A DNA stretch of 64,000 nucleotides, taken from the UHGV virus genome UHGV-1430915. One strand, written 5' to 3'. A program made the translations under genes and the position numbers. This DNA is from a virus. Under the pieces are notes generated by a model, which was given only the letters and a program-made list of their open reading frames with translations, was not told the origin of the DNA and did no database searches. The stretch's first letter is position 1. Every line of letters begins with the position of its first letter. Positions 27,910 to 37,738 of the stretch are shown here, piece after piece.

Positions 27910-27919
27910 TGGTGGTAAT

Positions 27920-28138
27920 ATGGCTTTAGAAGGCACTGATTATATTCACGATTATCGTGGGAGTGCAGTGTATGTGGGAGATACTGTTGCAGTATACTAC
28001 GGTTATGGTTCCCTAGAAACAGCGAAGGTCATACAGATCAAGAATGACCGTGCTAAGCTTGAAGTTTATTACTCTAATGGCGAAAGATCGATTTCTAAGT
28101 GGAAAGATGGTCATTGTATGGTCAAATTGGAGGGCTGA
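27920..28138 (+). CDS. hypothetical protein
   Basis: 72-aa ORF. Confidence 0.4.
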   Translation: MALEGTDYIHDYRGSAVYVGDTVAVYYGYGSLETAKVIQIKNDRAKLEVYYSNGERSISKWKDGHCMVKLEG

Positions 28139-28602
28139 TGGAAGACGGACGTTTAATGAAGTCTGAACGCAGGCTTATTGTGCAACTGATCCCGGAAACA
28201 GCTTGGTATAATAACCTCAGAAACGCTGTGAAGAAGAGTGAGTGGGATAAGATCCGTAAGAAGTGCTACAGAGAAGCCAACTACACTTGTGAGGTGTGCG
28301 GTGGTAAAGGCAGCAAACATCCGGTGGAGTGTCATGAACTTTACACTTTCGAAGAGGGAGTGATCCGGCTTGTCGGACTGATAGCGTTGTGCCCAGATTG
28401 TCACACATCGGTGCATCCTGGTTTAGCAAATATCCGTGGAAAGTATGCTCAGGCAGTTAATCAGTTGGCTAAGGTGAATAAGATCACCAAGGGTATGGCA
28501 GAGGCGTATTACCGAGACTGCTTTGCAGAGTGGCGTGAGCTTAGTAAAGTTCCAGAATGGAAGACTGACTTTTCGTGGATAGAGGGTTACCTTGATGGCT
28601 AA
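28138..28602 (+). CDS. HNH-type endonuclease-like zinc-finger protein
   Basis: CEVCGG ... VECHEL ... LCPDCH arrangement typical of HNH nucleases; start at ATG overlapping upstream stop (TGATG). Confidence 0.5.
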   Translation: MEDGRLMKSERRLIVQLIPETAWYNNLRNAVKKSEWDKIRKKCYREANYTCEVCGGKGSKHPVECHELYTFEEGVIRLVGLIALCPDCHTSVHPGLANIRGKYAQAVNQLAKVNKITKGMAEAYYRDCFAEWRELSKVPEWKTDFSWIEGYLDG

Positions 28603-28885
28603 GAAACCTGTAAAAGAGAAATTCGATAAGACAGCTTTTGTATTTGATACGCCTCTGGACGACATTATCAGAGGTATGCAAGCACTGTATCGAAAGGCTG
28701 AATCTGAGCAGTTGTCTGAATCAGAACTTTACTGGCTTGGTTGGTGGGAGTTAAACCTGCCTAAAGCTGAAAGTTCTTGTCTGAGAACTGTTAAAACGTG
28801 CGCCCAAGAAAACGCCGCACTTGGAATCTACCACAAAAGGAAAAGACCAACAAAAAGCTCTCCAAGAAAGACTAAAAAGTCTTGA
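28592..28885 (+). CDS. hypothetical protein
   Basis: 97-aa ORF with basic C-terminus. Confidence 0.4.
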   Translation: MMAKKPVKEKFDKTAFVFDTPLDDIIRGMQALYRKAESEQLSESELYWLGWWELNLPKAESSCLRTVKTCAQENAALGIYHKRKRPTKSSPRKTKKS

Positions 28886-28911
28886 CAAAAGTGCTATTAA
28901 TCTGATATTAT
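28882..28911 (+). promoter_or_regulatory. sigma70-like promoter TTGACA-N18-TATTAT
   Basis: Consensus hexamers upstream of 28945 ORF. Confidence 0.45.
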
Positions 28912-28944
28912 CAGTCAGATATTTATAAACTAGGAGAACTAGAC

Positions 28945-29253
28945 ATGCTTAAAATTTTTATTGTTGAAGATAAAGATATTGTCCAGTTGTATGCAAACGA
29001 GAATCATAAAGGTATGATCCTGAAGAAGGCAAGCAACCTTCATGAAAACACCATTCAACCTGGCGATGTAATTAAGATCTGTGGCTATCTGATACCAGAC
29101 TCCTTGATGAAAATAACCCACCACTGGGGGTCTAATCCGTTCCTTTTTGAAAAATATTGGGATGTTGAGTCACTTATTGCAGAGAGTGATGATGCATTCC
29201 ATTACAGCATCCAACCATCTTGCAGAATAACTAACAGGAGGGTCTTTGAGTAG
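28945..29253 (+). CDS. hypothetical protein
   Basis: 102-aa ORF with AGGAGA RBS. Confidence 0.45.
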   Translation: MLKIFIVEDKDIVQLYANENHKGMILKKASNLHENTIQPGDVIKICGYLIPDSLMKITHHWGSNPFLFEKYWDVESLIAESDDAFHYSIQPSCRITNRRVFE

Positions 29254-30385
29254 AGAATATCCGCTTATTGAGTCCATAGATTGTCTAGCTGATCTTCTTG
29301 AACCTGACGCTATAGTTTATTATGACTTCGATCAGGTTGCATATCAAGCTGCAGCAAGTTGTGAAAAAAGGACAATTGAGGTAACACATAAAGCCTCAGG
29401 ACGTAAGAAGGTGTTTAAAACACGAACAGAGTTTTGGGGGAGACAGAAGAACGCAGTTGGTGGTTGGTTAAAGGCTGAGAACACCAACCGTGAAGCTGCA
29501 TGTAAAAAAGCTGGTAAGGAGTTTATTCCGTGGACACGAGAAGATTTCGATGTCTTGGATATCCAAACCCCTGATCCTGTAGAGAACTGCTTGCACACAA
29601 TTAAGTGTAAAGCTAATGCAGTCCTTAACTATCTCGGTATTCCTGAAGATCGGTGCGTAGGAGTGCTTGGGGGTACTGGTAATTTCAGACTAGATCTTCC
29701 CATGCCGGAACGATATAAAGCCAACCGTAACAATACTCTTCGACCACTGTTGCTTGAAGATGCAAGACAGTATCTCCAAAAGCAATATAACGCTCAAGTG
29801 ATCAACGGTATTGAAGCTGACGACTGGTTAGCTATCCAGCAATTTGAAGGTTGGAACCACTACCAGAAAACAGGCAAGTTCAACAAGTTTATTATCTCTA
29901 TAGATAAGGACCAGCGAACACTTCCTGGGCTTGTATTCGATCCGATGAGGAACGATAAAGGTGATTTTGTAAGAGAGACACCTATGCTCATTGATAACGG
30001 TATGGGTAACATATTCATGAAACCAAACGGCGATGTTGGTGGGTATGGAATGTTGTTCTTCGGTTATCAAATGCTATGTGGTGACTCAGCTGACAATATT
30101 AAGCCTTACCAAGGTCTTATTGGTAAAGGGAAGTTTGGAGATGCATCTGCATTCTCCTTGCTGTCCCAGTGCAGCACACCGAAAGAGATGTGGTTAACAA
30201 TCATTGATCAGTATAAAAAATGGTTTCCGAAAGGTGCTGTTAAGTATACCGATTTCAATGGTATCGACCGTAGGATTTCCGTAGGTCAGTGGATGAGTAT
30301 AATTTTTGACTGTTTGTATATGAAGCGAACATTCAATGATCAAACAAAACTTGTTAACGTTCTTAGAAATGTTGGAGCAATTTGA
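29246..30385 (+). CDS. 5-prime-3-prime exonuclease / flap endonuclease (FEN, RNase H-like)
   Basis: Motifs GIEADDWLA and LCGDSADNI characteristic of the Pol I 5-prime nuclease / T5 D15 family. Confidence 0.7.
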   Translation: MSREYPLIESIDCLADLLEPDAIVYYDFDQVAYQAAASCEKRTIEVTHKASGRKKVFKTRTEFWGRQKNAVGGWLKAENTNREAACKKAGKEFIPWTREDFDVLDIQTPDPVENCLHTIKCKANAVLNYLGIPEDRCVGVLGGTGNFRLDLPMPERYKANRNNTLRPLLLEDARQYLQKQYNAQVINGIEADDWLAIQQFEGWNHYQKTGKFNKFIISIDKDQRTLPGLVFDPMRNDKGDFVRETPMLIDNGMGNIFMKPNGDVGGYGMLFFGYQMLCGDSADNIKPYQGLIGKGKFGDASAFSLLSQCSTPKEMWLTIIDQYKKWFPKGAVKYTDFNGIDRRISVGQWMSIIFDCLYMKRTFNDQTKLVNVLRNVGAI

Positions 30386-30708
30386 TGACTAAAAATTCTG
30401 TAGATAATGCAATTATGGAAGCTGTTTTTGAGGATGATCATACAACAGGGAACCTTAAAACAAAAAATACATTTATTGTTGCTACAGGTATGTGGCGGTT
30501 GTATGAAGATGACACTATTGCATACATCTTGTATACTGATGATTACGCAGATGATCGTGTATGGTCTGCTGTTTTAAAAGAAGATTGTGAGCTGATTGAG
30601 GGCGAGCGGTTATGCATGTTTACCAGCGTGGAAACAGACGTTAAGCTTTGCTCTCTTGTGCTATTCAAAGACAAAGCTTATTCCCCAGATGAAGAGGAAA
30701 CAGCATGA
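30382..30708 (+). CDS. hypothetical protein
   Basis: 108-aa acidic ORF. Confidence 0.4.
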   Translation: MMTKNSVDNAIMEAVFEDDHTTGNLKTKNTFIVATGMWRLYEDDTIAYILYTDDYADDRVWSAVLKEDCELIEGERLCMFTSVETDVKLCSLVLFKDKAYSPDEEETA

Positions 30709-31334
30709 GAGAAAGACTGCTGTCTATAGACCAGTCTCTTACCCACACAGCCTGTGTTGTATGGGACGATGGTAGGCCTGTTCATAAGGTTGTGTTACGC
30801 ACCCAAAGCTCATCTGCAAAAGAGAAGAAACCAGGGACGGTTTCTTTTGCAACAGCGGCTGAGCGTATTGACTGGATCTGCAAACAGGTTAGATATTATA
30901 TCCACACGCACGGCGTTGACACCGTGGTTATGGAAGGGCTCTCCTTCGGATCGCGAGGAGATGCCACACGTGAACTGGCTGGGTTGTTTTACGGTCTTGA
31001 AGTTATGCTTTGGGATGCTTTAGCAGATTGTGAAAATGACGGCCTGTTTAAGGTTCACACAGTGACACCAACAACTGCCAAAAAGTTTGCTCGTAGTCAT
31101 CTTCCTGAAGAACTTGCTTTTGAGGAGAAGAAAAAGCTTGACAAAAGGACAGGTAAAGAGCATACTGTGAAGAAACCTGTTACGATGGATAAAAAGTTGA
31201 TGGTTAAGGCCTGCGAAGTATCTGAACCCGGGTTCCTGGATGGGATCAACTTGGTACAAGGTAAGGCCGATCTCGCAGATGCTTATTGGATAGGTAGGGC
31301 GCATCTGGAGGGATTATCGCAAAGCGTAAAATAA
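30705..31334 (+). CDS. RuvC-like Holliday junction resolvase
   Basis: N-terminal LSIDQS..ACVVWDD strand with Asp, VVMEGLSFG Glu block, C-terminal DAYWIGRAH resembling RuvC catalytic residues. Confidence 0.45.
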   Translation: MRERLLSIDQSLTHTACVVWDDGRPVHKVVLRTQSSSAKEKKPGTVSFATAAERIDWICKQVRYYIHTHGVDTVVMEGLSFGSRGDATRELAGLFYGLEVMLWDALADCENDGLFKVHTVTPTTAKKFARSHLPEELAFEEKKKLDKRTGKEHTVKKPVTMDKKLMVKACEVSEPGFLDGINLVQGKADLADAYWIGRAHLEGLSQSVK

Positions 31335-31411
31335 GAAAGAAAGCTGTCAAAGCCCCCGTCCATAGCGGGTGGCTAAAAGATTCTAAGGACATAGCCGACT
31401 TTCGGAAAGAA

Positions 31412-31891
31412 TTGTCAGAAGAGCAGGATGGTCTTGATCCAATCTTGTGCGAACCACTTCGTAAGCCTTGTTTAGATCATGATCATCTGACTGGTCGTTG
31501 CAGGGGTGTTTTGTCCCAATGCACTAATACCTTTGAGGGGTATGTGCTTAAATACTGGATGAAATACTGTAACGAGTATACAGATTGCAGTTTATCAGAG
31601 GCGTTACGCAGGATGGCTGACTATCTGGAGAAAGACTACAGCGACTTCCCGCTCCACAAAAACTACAGAGATGATATGACAAAGTTCTTGAGGAGATGCT
31701 CTAAAGCTACGATTATTGCACGTGCAGAATCAGATCTCGGTCTTGTCATTAATTCAGAGTATACCAAGCATGAGGCTATTGAGTCCTACATGCAGGAGTT
31801 TATAAAGAAAACTGAGGAGAGAGATTTCTATGGGGACGAAAAAGGTATTCAATCCTTGCGATTCAGTTCTGATCAGGATGAAATACCGTAA
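31412..31891 (+). CDS. endonuclease VII-like (T4 gp49 family) junction-resolving nuclease
   Basis: Signature C-x3-C-LDHDH-x-TG-x-C-RG-x-L-x-x-C-N matches EndoVII zinc/HNH core. Confidence 0.7.
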   Translation: MSEEQDGLDPILCEPLRKPCLDHDHLTGRCRGVLSQCTNTFEGYVLKYWMKYCNEYTDCSLSEALRRMADYLEKDYSDFPLHKNYRDDMTKFLRRCSKATIIARAESDLGLVINSEYTKHEAIESYMQEFIKKTEERDFYGDEKGIQSLRFSSDQDEIP

Positions 31892-32063
31892 CTGGAAAGG
31901 TGTTGTTGCAGATCGCTGCGTTACTGAGCCTAATTTATGGTTTGGCTCTACAGAGTATCATAAAGAAGAGCAGTGGTTGATGCATGCATTTGACGTAGAT
32001 AAGGGCGAATACCGTGACTTCGCTTTAAAAGACATTCTTCAGTTTTACTAAGGAATCTTAACG

Positions 32064-33047
32064 ATGATGACAAAGTTAACTCTTGAGCAAATTTTAACAC
32101 TAAAGCAACAGGGATACACTAATAGACAAATTGCTCGTGAATTTTTAGGGCGTGAGTCGCGTGAAAGCTGGATCCGACTACAGCTTAAACGTGCACAAGA
32201 GAATATGTCAGAGATTGTAGGAGAGGCAACGGAGCGCTTCCTTGAAGAACATAAAGGTGCTAAAGTTTGGGTGTATGACACAGAGACATCTCCAACAAAC
32301 GGCTGGTTCTTTGGGCATTATAAGACCAACATTCAAACCTGCGGTATTGAAATTATGCCCTATATGCTGACTTTCGCAGGTAAGTGGTTAGATAGCCCTA
32401 GCGTGGTTGACTGTGGTCTTCCTGATTACAAAATGTGGGACGAGGATATCCACAACGATCTTGAACTGATTCAAGATTTGTGGTATTATCTGGATAAATG
32501 TGATGTAGCAGTAGCGCACAACTCCGGTTTTGACTGTGGGTGGGCCAACCAACGATTTGCATTTCACGGTTTGCCGCCAACAAGTCCATACAAAGAGGTT
32601 GACACCCTCAAGATGATTAAAAAGGCATTCCGTTTGAATGCAAACACGTTAGAGTATGCATGTAAATACTTCCAACTGGCCCGACAGAAGCTGATTGACC
32701 ACACATTTGAAATGTGGATCAAGTGTGTTCATGGTGATCTTGAGGCGTTTAAACAGATGCGGGAGTATAATGTTGGGGACATCTTGTCTCTGGAAGGCCT
32801 GTATTTGCTGGCGCGTCCGTTTGCTAAGCAGCACCCCAACATGTCATTGTACTACCAAGATGAGGAGTCAAAAGTTCGTTGCCCACGTTGTGGTGGAGAA
32901 CACCTTCACGAGGAAGAAGCTTTGGCGTATACTCAGCTGAGTGCATTTAAAACATACCGCTGCGAAGGTTGTGGATCTGTTGTTCGTGATCGTAACAACA
33001 TCCGTACTAGGGAAGAGATGAAAAACACCCTTATTCAGATAATCTAA
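32064..33047 (+). CDS. DEDD-family 3-prime-5-prime exonuclease with N-terminal HTH and C-terminal zinc ribbon
   Basis: Exo I VWVYDTETS, Exo II HNSGFDCGW, Exo III YNVGD; HTH-like TNRQIAREF; CPRCG...CEGCG. Confidence 0.6.
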   Translation: MMTKLTLEQILTLKQQGYTNRQIAREFLGRESRESWIRLQLKRAQENMSEIVGEATERFLEEHKGAKVWVYDTETSPTNGWFFGHYKTNIQTCGIEIMPYMLTFAGKWLDSPSVVDCGLPDYKMWDEDIHNDLELIQDLWYYLDKCDVAVAHNSGFDCGWANQRFAFHGLPPTSPYKEVDTLKMIKKAFRLNANTLEYACKYFQLARQKLIDHTFEMWIKCVHGDLEAFKQMREYNVGDILSLEGLYLLARPFAKQHPNMSLYYQDEESKVRCPRCGGEHLHEEEALAYTQLSAFKTYRCEGCGSVVRDRNNIRTREEMKNTLIQII

Positions 33048-33062
33048 CAAATAGAGGGAGGC

Positions 33063-33899
33063 TTGCGCCTCCCTTTTCCTTTTGGAGGCACTTTGAGCAA
33101 GAAAGAGTCCAACGACAAATATTACACAGACCCCGAGTATGCAGAATATCTTGTTGGTAAAGTAAAAGGTAAGTATGGGAATTGTGCATACGTTGAGCCT
33201 TCTGCTGGAAAGGGTTCTTTTTCAAAACTATTTTCAGAGATACTGTCGTATGATTTGGTACCAGACCCTGAATTTGAAGGCCCAACCCCGTGTATTAAGG
33301 CAAACTTCTTAGAGGTGTATCCCAAGGCCGATGTATTCATAGGTAATCCTCCATTCGGCAAAAATTCGTCTTTAGCTTGCAAGTTCTTTAACCACTGTGC
33401 ATCATTGCTAGAGCCTGGTGGAGCTATAGCCTTCATCTTGCCACGGACTTTTGAAAAAATATTTTTTGCAAACAAACTGGACATGTCGATGCACCTTATT
33501 TACAGTGAAAGGTGCCCCAAGAACTCGTTTTTACTTAACGGCAAACCTTATGACGTGCCATGTGTTTTCCAAATTTGGGAGAAAAAGGTGTGCAGTAGGG
33601 ATCCTGTAGAGATCGGGGAGAATAAGTTATTTTCTTTTGGCACACCGAATGATTATGACTTCTGTATAAGACGTGTTGGGTATAATGCTGGGAAAGTATT
33701 GGGAGATGATGACCCAAAATCTGAAGAATCAACATATTTCATAAAATCTTTAGTTGATGGTATTGACAGAGTGTTTGTTGAGTGCTATTCTTCTTTTCAA
33801 GAAGAAGCAGGTAAGACTGCTGGAATGAAGAGTATAGGCAAGAAAGAACTACAATACATTTTGGAGACCAGGTATGATCAAAAGCATAGACTTGACTAA
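33063..33899 (+). CDS. N6-adenine DNA methyltransferase (NPPF motif)
   Basis: SAM-binding VEPSAGKGSF and catalytic IGNPPF motifs. Confidence 0.55.
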   Translation: MRLPFPFGGTLSKKESNDKYYTDPEYAEYLVGKVKGKYGNCAYVEPSAGKGSFSKLFSEILSYDLVPDPEFEGPTPCIKANFLEVYPKADVFIGNPPFGKNSSLACKFFNHCASLLEPGGAIAFILPRTFEKIFFANKLDMSMHLIYSERCPKNSFLLNGKPYDVPCVFQIWEKKVCSRDPVEIGENKLFSFGTPNDYDFCIRRVGYNAGKVLGDDDPKSEESTYFIKSLVDGIDRVFVECYSSFQEEAGKTAGMKSIGKKELQYILETRYDQKHRLD

Positions 33900-34332
33900 A
33901 GAGCTTTCCGATGCAAAAGCTTTTGGTGAGACAGCCGTGCAAAGGGGGCAGGCTATGGGGCTGGCACTACCTTTTGTCTTAAAAGAGCATTTTACAGATT
34001 TTCAGCTTATCCGGGGTGAAAAGGGTATGCTTATTCTGGAACATAAGCTGAGTAAGAAACGTTATAAAGTTGTTTTTAATTCTAAAGCTCCAACAAAACT
34101 TGGATTCAGAACTTACAATCTCAACCCTTCTTATACTAAGGGTGTTGGAAGAGTGGAGCAGCAGCATTTCAGTGCTAGAGCTTCTTTAGCACCTTTGATG
34201 GTAAATTTCTCAGGTGTGGCTTTAGGATACCTAGATAAGAAAAGAGTTCTTCATGTTCGTTTTACAGACTTTATAACGCTTTTAGCTAACAACGAAGTAG
34301 ATGAAAAGGGACGTGTAAAAACAAACTTCTAA
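33874..34332 (+). CDS. hypothetical protein
   Basis: 152-aa ORF overlapping end of methyltransferase gene. Confidence 0.4.
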   Translation: MIKSIDLTKELSDAKAFGETAVQRGQAMGLALPFVLKEHFTDFQLIRGEKGMLILEHKLSKKRYKVVFNSKAPTKLGFRTYNLNPSYTKGVGRVEQQHFSARASLAPLMVNFSGVALGYLDKKRVLHVRFTDFITLLANNEVDEKGRVKTNF

Positions 34333-34347
34333 TAACGTGCAGTATGA

Positions 34348-34551
34348 TTGGAGACCGCAATGACACCAGAGTTAACAATTCCAGACAGCTTTTCAGAAAG
34401 ATTTATCCCAGAAATGATGAAGAAGATGCGATCACTGCTTGATCAGATTGAGGAGGCTGTTTGGGAAGACGATGCTGTAGTAGCTAACGAGCTGGTAGAT
34501 AAGTGTAAAAGTATTATTGATGCAGTTGAAGAATACCACGGAGGTTTTTAA
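34348..34551 (+). CDS. hypothetical protein
   Basis: 67-aa acidic ORF. Confidence 0.35.
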   Translation: METAMTPELTIPDSFSERFIPEMMKKMRSLLDQIEEAVWEDDAVVANELVDKCKSIIDAVEEYHGGF

Positions 34552-35153
34552 TGGATATTATTGTTCTTAATGCTCCACCAAGTTCTGGAAAAGACCATAT
34601 CGCAGATCTTTTGTTGGAAGCCATTCCAAACTCGCATCACCGAGAGGTAAAGGAAATGCTATTCAGTGTGGCAATTAAGGCAGCTGGTATTTCACCGCAG
34701 TTGTGGAATGCACTCTATGATCGCCGCTACAAAGAAGAACCGTGCCCGTTCTTAATGATAGACGGCAAGCATGTTTCTCCGCGAGAATGGATGATCCATT
34801 GTAGTGAAAATCTGATTAAACCTATCTTTGGTGAAGACGCTTTCGGTAAGGCCGCAGTCGCATCCTTGAAGAAAGATTTCCCTGAAGGTAAAGGGGTTGT
34901 TGTTTACTCCGATGGTGGCTTCAAAGAGGAGCTGGCATGCCTTGGCGAGTACGCATACAGCACAGGTGGCGATCTTCTACTGTTCCGTATCCACCGTGCA
35001 GGATATGATTGGGGAAATGATTCCAGAACTTACCTTAGCCTAGAGAAGAACGGGATAAAAGGTATCGAGTTTGATGTTGTTAACCCTGAGGGGTCTCCTT
35101 GGGAGTGCGCATCTGAGATTGTGTGCAAGTATATTGATGCTAAAGAGGTCTGA
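34551..35153 (+). CDS. deoxynucleoside monophosphate kinase-like P-loop protein
   Basis: N-terminal P-loop LNAPPSSGKD resembling T4 gp1 dNMP kinase start. Confidence 0.5.
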   Translation: MDIIVLNAPPSSGKDHIADLLLEAIPNSHHREVKEMLFSVAIKAAGISPQLWNALYDRRYKEEPCPFLMIDGKHVSPREWMIHCSENLIKPIFGEDAFGKAAVASLKKDFPEGKGVVVYSDGGFKEELACLGEYAYSTGGDLLLFRIHRAGYDWGNDSRTYLSLEKNGIKGIEFDVVNPEGSPWECASEIVCKYIDAKEV

Positions 35154-35158
35154 GAACA

Positions 35159-35752
35159 ATGCTGATCGGAATTGATGTAGATTTAACACTGGTAGACTCA
35201 GGAACAGCATGGTGGGAGTGGCTAGAGCGTTTATATGGTCCAGCCAGCAAGACAGTCGCTAAACCTTCTAACGGACTGATGTATTACGATCTGTCAAAGT
35301 ATTGGCCTGATCGCCCCAAAGAAAACATCATAGGGCCTTTTGATTTCTGGAGTGACCCGTTCCTCTACGACTTTCTTAAGCCTGAAGAGGGGGCTATTGA
35401 GGTTATGAAAGATTTGGTGGCTCGTGGTCACAAGCTTGCATTTATCTCTGTATGCAAGAAAGGTCACCTTGCATCTAAATCAAGGTTCTTAAAGCGTTGG
35501 ACCAGCGATTTTATGGATCTTGACGATCACACCCAGGGCCACGGCTTCTATGCCACACATTTCAAAGGTAATGTGGCTGTAGATGTTATAATTGACGACA
35601 GGCATGAATACCTGAACCAATTCGCTTCACGCCCTGAAGTTATTAAAATCTTAAAAGACACTCCTTATGAGCAATTCGAGGAGTTGAAGGTCAGTGTTGA
35701 CTATACCACCAATAGTTGGTATAAAATAGGAAAGTTTTTAGAAGGTATTTGA
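35159..35752 (+). CDS. HAD-superfamily phosphatase (putative 5-prime deoxyribonucleotidase)
   Basis: HAD motif I IGIDVDLTL (DxDxT) at N-terminus. Confidence 0.5.
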   Translation: MLIGIDVDLTLVDSGTAWWEWLERLYGPASKTVAKPSNGLMYYDLSKYWPDRPKENIIGPFDFWSDPFLYDFLKPEEGAIEVMKDLVARGHKLAFISVCKKGHLASKSRFLKRWTSDFMDLDDHTQGHGFYATHFKGNVAVDVIIDDRHEYLNQFASRPEVIKILKDTPYEQFEELKVSVDYTTNSWYKIGKFLEGI

Positions 35753-35753
35753 A

Positions 35754-35954
35754 ATGGGCAGATGTTCTAAAGGTGGCGATCCTGTAGTCAGATACGGTGA
35801 CTGGCTAGAGGTATATGATCTTGGAGGTAAGCTAGTGTATGCCTCTAGGATCACCCAAGACATGTGCTCTGATATGTTTAACAGATACCTTGCATTTAAG
35901 GCCAACATAAACCCAGACGAAATTTCCAAAATTAAAACAAGGAGAGCTAAATAA
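35754..35954 (+). CDS. hypothetical protein
   Basis: 66-aa ORF. Confidence 0.35.
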   Translation: MGRCSKGGDPVVRYGDWLEVYDLGGKLVYASRITQDMCSDMFNRYLAFKANINPDEISKIKTRRAK

Positions 35955-36937
35955 TGCTAAAACTGTGCACTGCAAAGATTATTGCCGACAGTATTTCCGA
36001 GAAAGGTAAGCGTATCACCACTTTTGAGCTAGAGTATCCTCGAATTATTCACTCAGAGCTTATGACACATCGAGTGTTCAGCCGAAACGCCATGTCTTCT
36101 CGTGCAGTTCCTGTCGGTAAGATGCTGCAGCAGATCGTGGAGAATCCGGCAATGCCAGTTCGCTTCGGTGTAAATAAGCGAGGGATGGAAGATGGTGGGG
36201 AACACGATCAAAAGATCCGTGTAGAGTATACCGACATGGAGTTAACTCCTGAAGAGTTTTGGAAAGAAGCTGCAAAAAACGCCGCGTGGCATGCAGAGAA
36301 GTTCGCCCTTGCTGGTTACCATAAGCAGGTATGTAATCGCTTAGTGGAGCCGTTTCAGCGCATGAAAACAGTTGTAACAAGCACCGAGTGGAATAATTTT
36401 TTCCACCTGCGTTGCTGGCACGATGCTGATCCTACGATTCAGATGCTGGCTAATTGTATGTGGGATGCTCTTATGAATAGCACTCCTGAAACCCTTAAAC
36501 CGGGTCAATGGCACACCCCATATGTAGAGCACGTTTATTTGGACGGTGAGTTTAACTACGCTGTACGTGACACAGAAGGGAAGCTATGCATTCTCGATAC
36601 TAAAGAAGCCCTATCTATTAGTGCTAGTTGCTGTGCACAAGTATCTTATCGAAATATTGACAGCACGTTTGAAAAGGCAGACAGTGTGGCTAAAAAATTG
36701 ATTGGCGGGGATCGTATTCATGCAAGCCCTTACGAGCACCAGGCAACACCTATGGATCACGATAACGCAATGGAACGTTTAAACTACTACCTGTCTTCAT
36801 GTGAAATCACACAGGACAGCTGTGTTTGGCAGGAAGGTGTAACCCATCAAGACCGTGATGGTAAATTCTGGTCTGCCAACTTTTGTGGGTGGGTTCAGCA
36901 CAGACAGCTGCTTAATAACCACTTCATGAAAGGTTAA
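35954..36937 (+). CDS. thyX: flavin-dependent thymidylate synthase
   Basis: ThyX signature RHR-x7-S present as THRVFSRNAMSSR. Confidence 0.7.
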   Translation: MLKLCTAKIIADSISEKGKRITTFELEYPRIIHSELMTHRVFSRNAMSSRAVPVGKMLQQIVENPAMPVRFGVNKRGMEDGGEHDQKIRVEYTDMELTPEEFWKEAAKNAAWHAEKFALAGYHKQVCNRLVEPFQRMKTVVTSTEWNNFFHLRCWHDADPTIQMLANCMWDALMNSTPETLKPGQWHTPYVEHVYLDGEFNYAVRDTEGKLCILDTKEALSISASCCAQVSYRNIDSTFEKADSVAKKLIGGDRIHASPYEHQATPMDHDNAMERLNYYLSSCEITQDSCVWQEGVTHQDRDGKFWSANFCGWVQHRQLLNNHFMKG

Positions 36938-36966
36938 TCCTATCACAGCGATAGGTAACTTTTGTG

Positions 36967-36995
36967 TTGACTAATAGTATTAGATAATCTATAAT
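36967..36995 (+). promoter_or_regulatory. sigma70 consensus promoter TTGACT-N17-TATAAT
   Basis: Near-perfect consensus immediately upstream of 36997 ORF. Confidence 0.55.
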
Positions 36996-36996
36996 A

Positions 36997-37497
36997 ATGG
37001 CTCACTTTGTTGGTGAGCCAGAAATGGAGACAGGTATGAGTAATGTTATGATTCCTAAAAAGACATTTATTTCAGTTACTTTAGATTTCCTATCTACTGT
37101 TCCCGGATTTAACGTTCGCACACGAAACGGTCTCCGAGCTGCACTCTTTGCTGTAGGGTTTGATTTAAAAAATATTGATGTTCTTCGTGGAAAAAACGTT
37201 CGATGCAAAAATAAGCCAACACATTATAGAAAGGCAGATGTATTTGCTGGTGTCATGCGTGCAGACTTTAGATACCCGCAAATGTATAACGGTGTAGATA
37301 TTTTAGATGTAGATAAAGCACCCGATGAGGCAATGCTTGTTCAAGATCTTCCCTATGATATCCCTGTAGAAGATCGTGTTAATGTAAGAAAGTATACAAA
37401 ACAATCTGAAAAGGCTGAAGATATTCATATTGTTGATGAACCTTTCAATTTTGAAGATCTGCATCGCCTGGAAAAATTATTCGGTATTGAAAGCTAA
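36997..37497 (+). CDS. hypothetical protein
   Basis: 166-aa ORF. Confidence 0.4.
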   Translation: MAHFVGEPEMETGMSNVMIPKKTFISVTLDFLSTVPGFNVRTRNGLRAALFAVGFDLKNIDVLRGKNVRCKNKPTHYRKADVFAGVMRADFRYPQMYNGVDILDVDKAPDEAMLVQDLPYDIPVEDRVNVRKYTKQSEKAEDIHIVDEPFNFEDLHRLEKLFGIES

Positions 37498-37507
37498 GGT
37501 GGTGAAG

Positions 37508-37738
37508 ATGAGTCATAACTCCAAGTGGAAGGATCTTGGTTTTGCAAGTCGGGCAGAATATGTTGGTTGGCTTTGGTTCAACGGTCTGACAAACGATATT
37601 AAAATGTATGATGATGTTTACTATGACGAGTATACAGGTAAAATTATAAATATCTCTGTAGAAGAGGATACCTTTGTCCAGCAAGATACTGATACCTGCC
37701 TTGATAAATACGTTGATGAAGTGGAGGAAGCAAATTGA
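37508..37738 (+). CDS. hypothetical protein
   Basis: Start at MSHNSKW with GGTGG RBS; overlaps nrdA start. Confidence 0.35.
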   Translation: MSHNSKWKDLGFASRAEYVGWLWFNGLTNDIKMYDDVYYDEYTGKIINISVEEDTFVQQDTDTCLDKYVDEVEEAN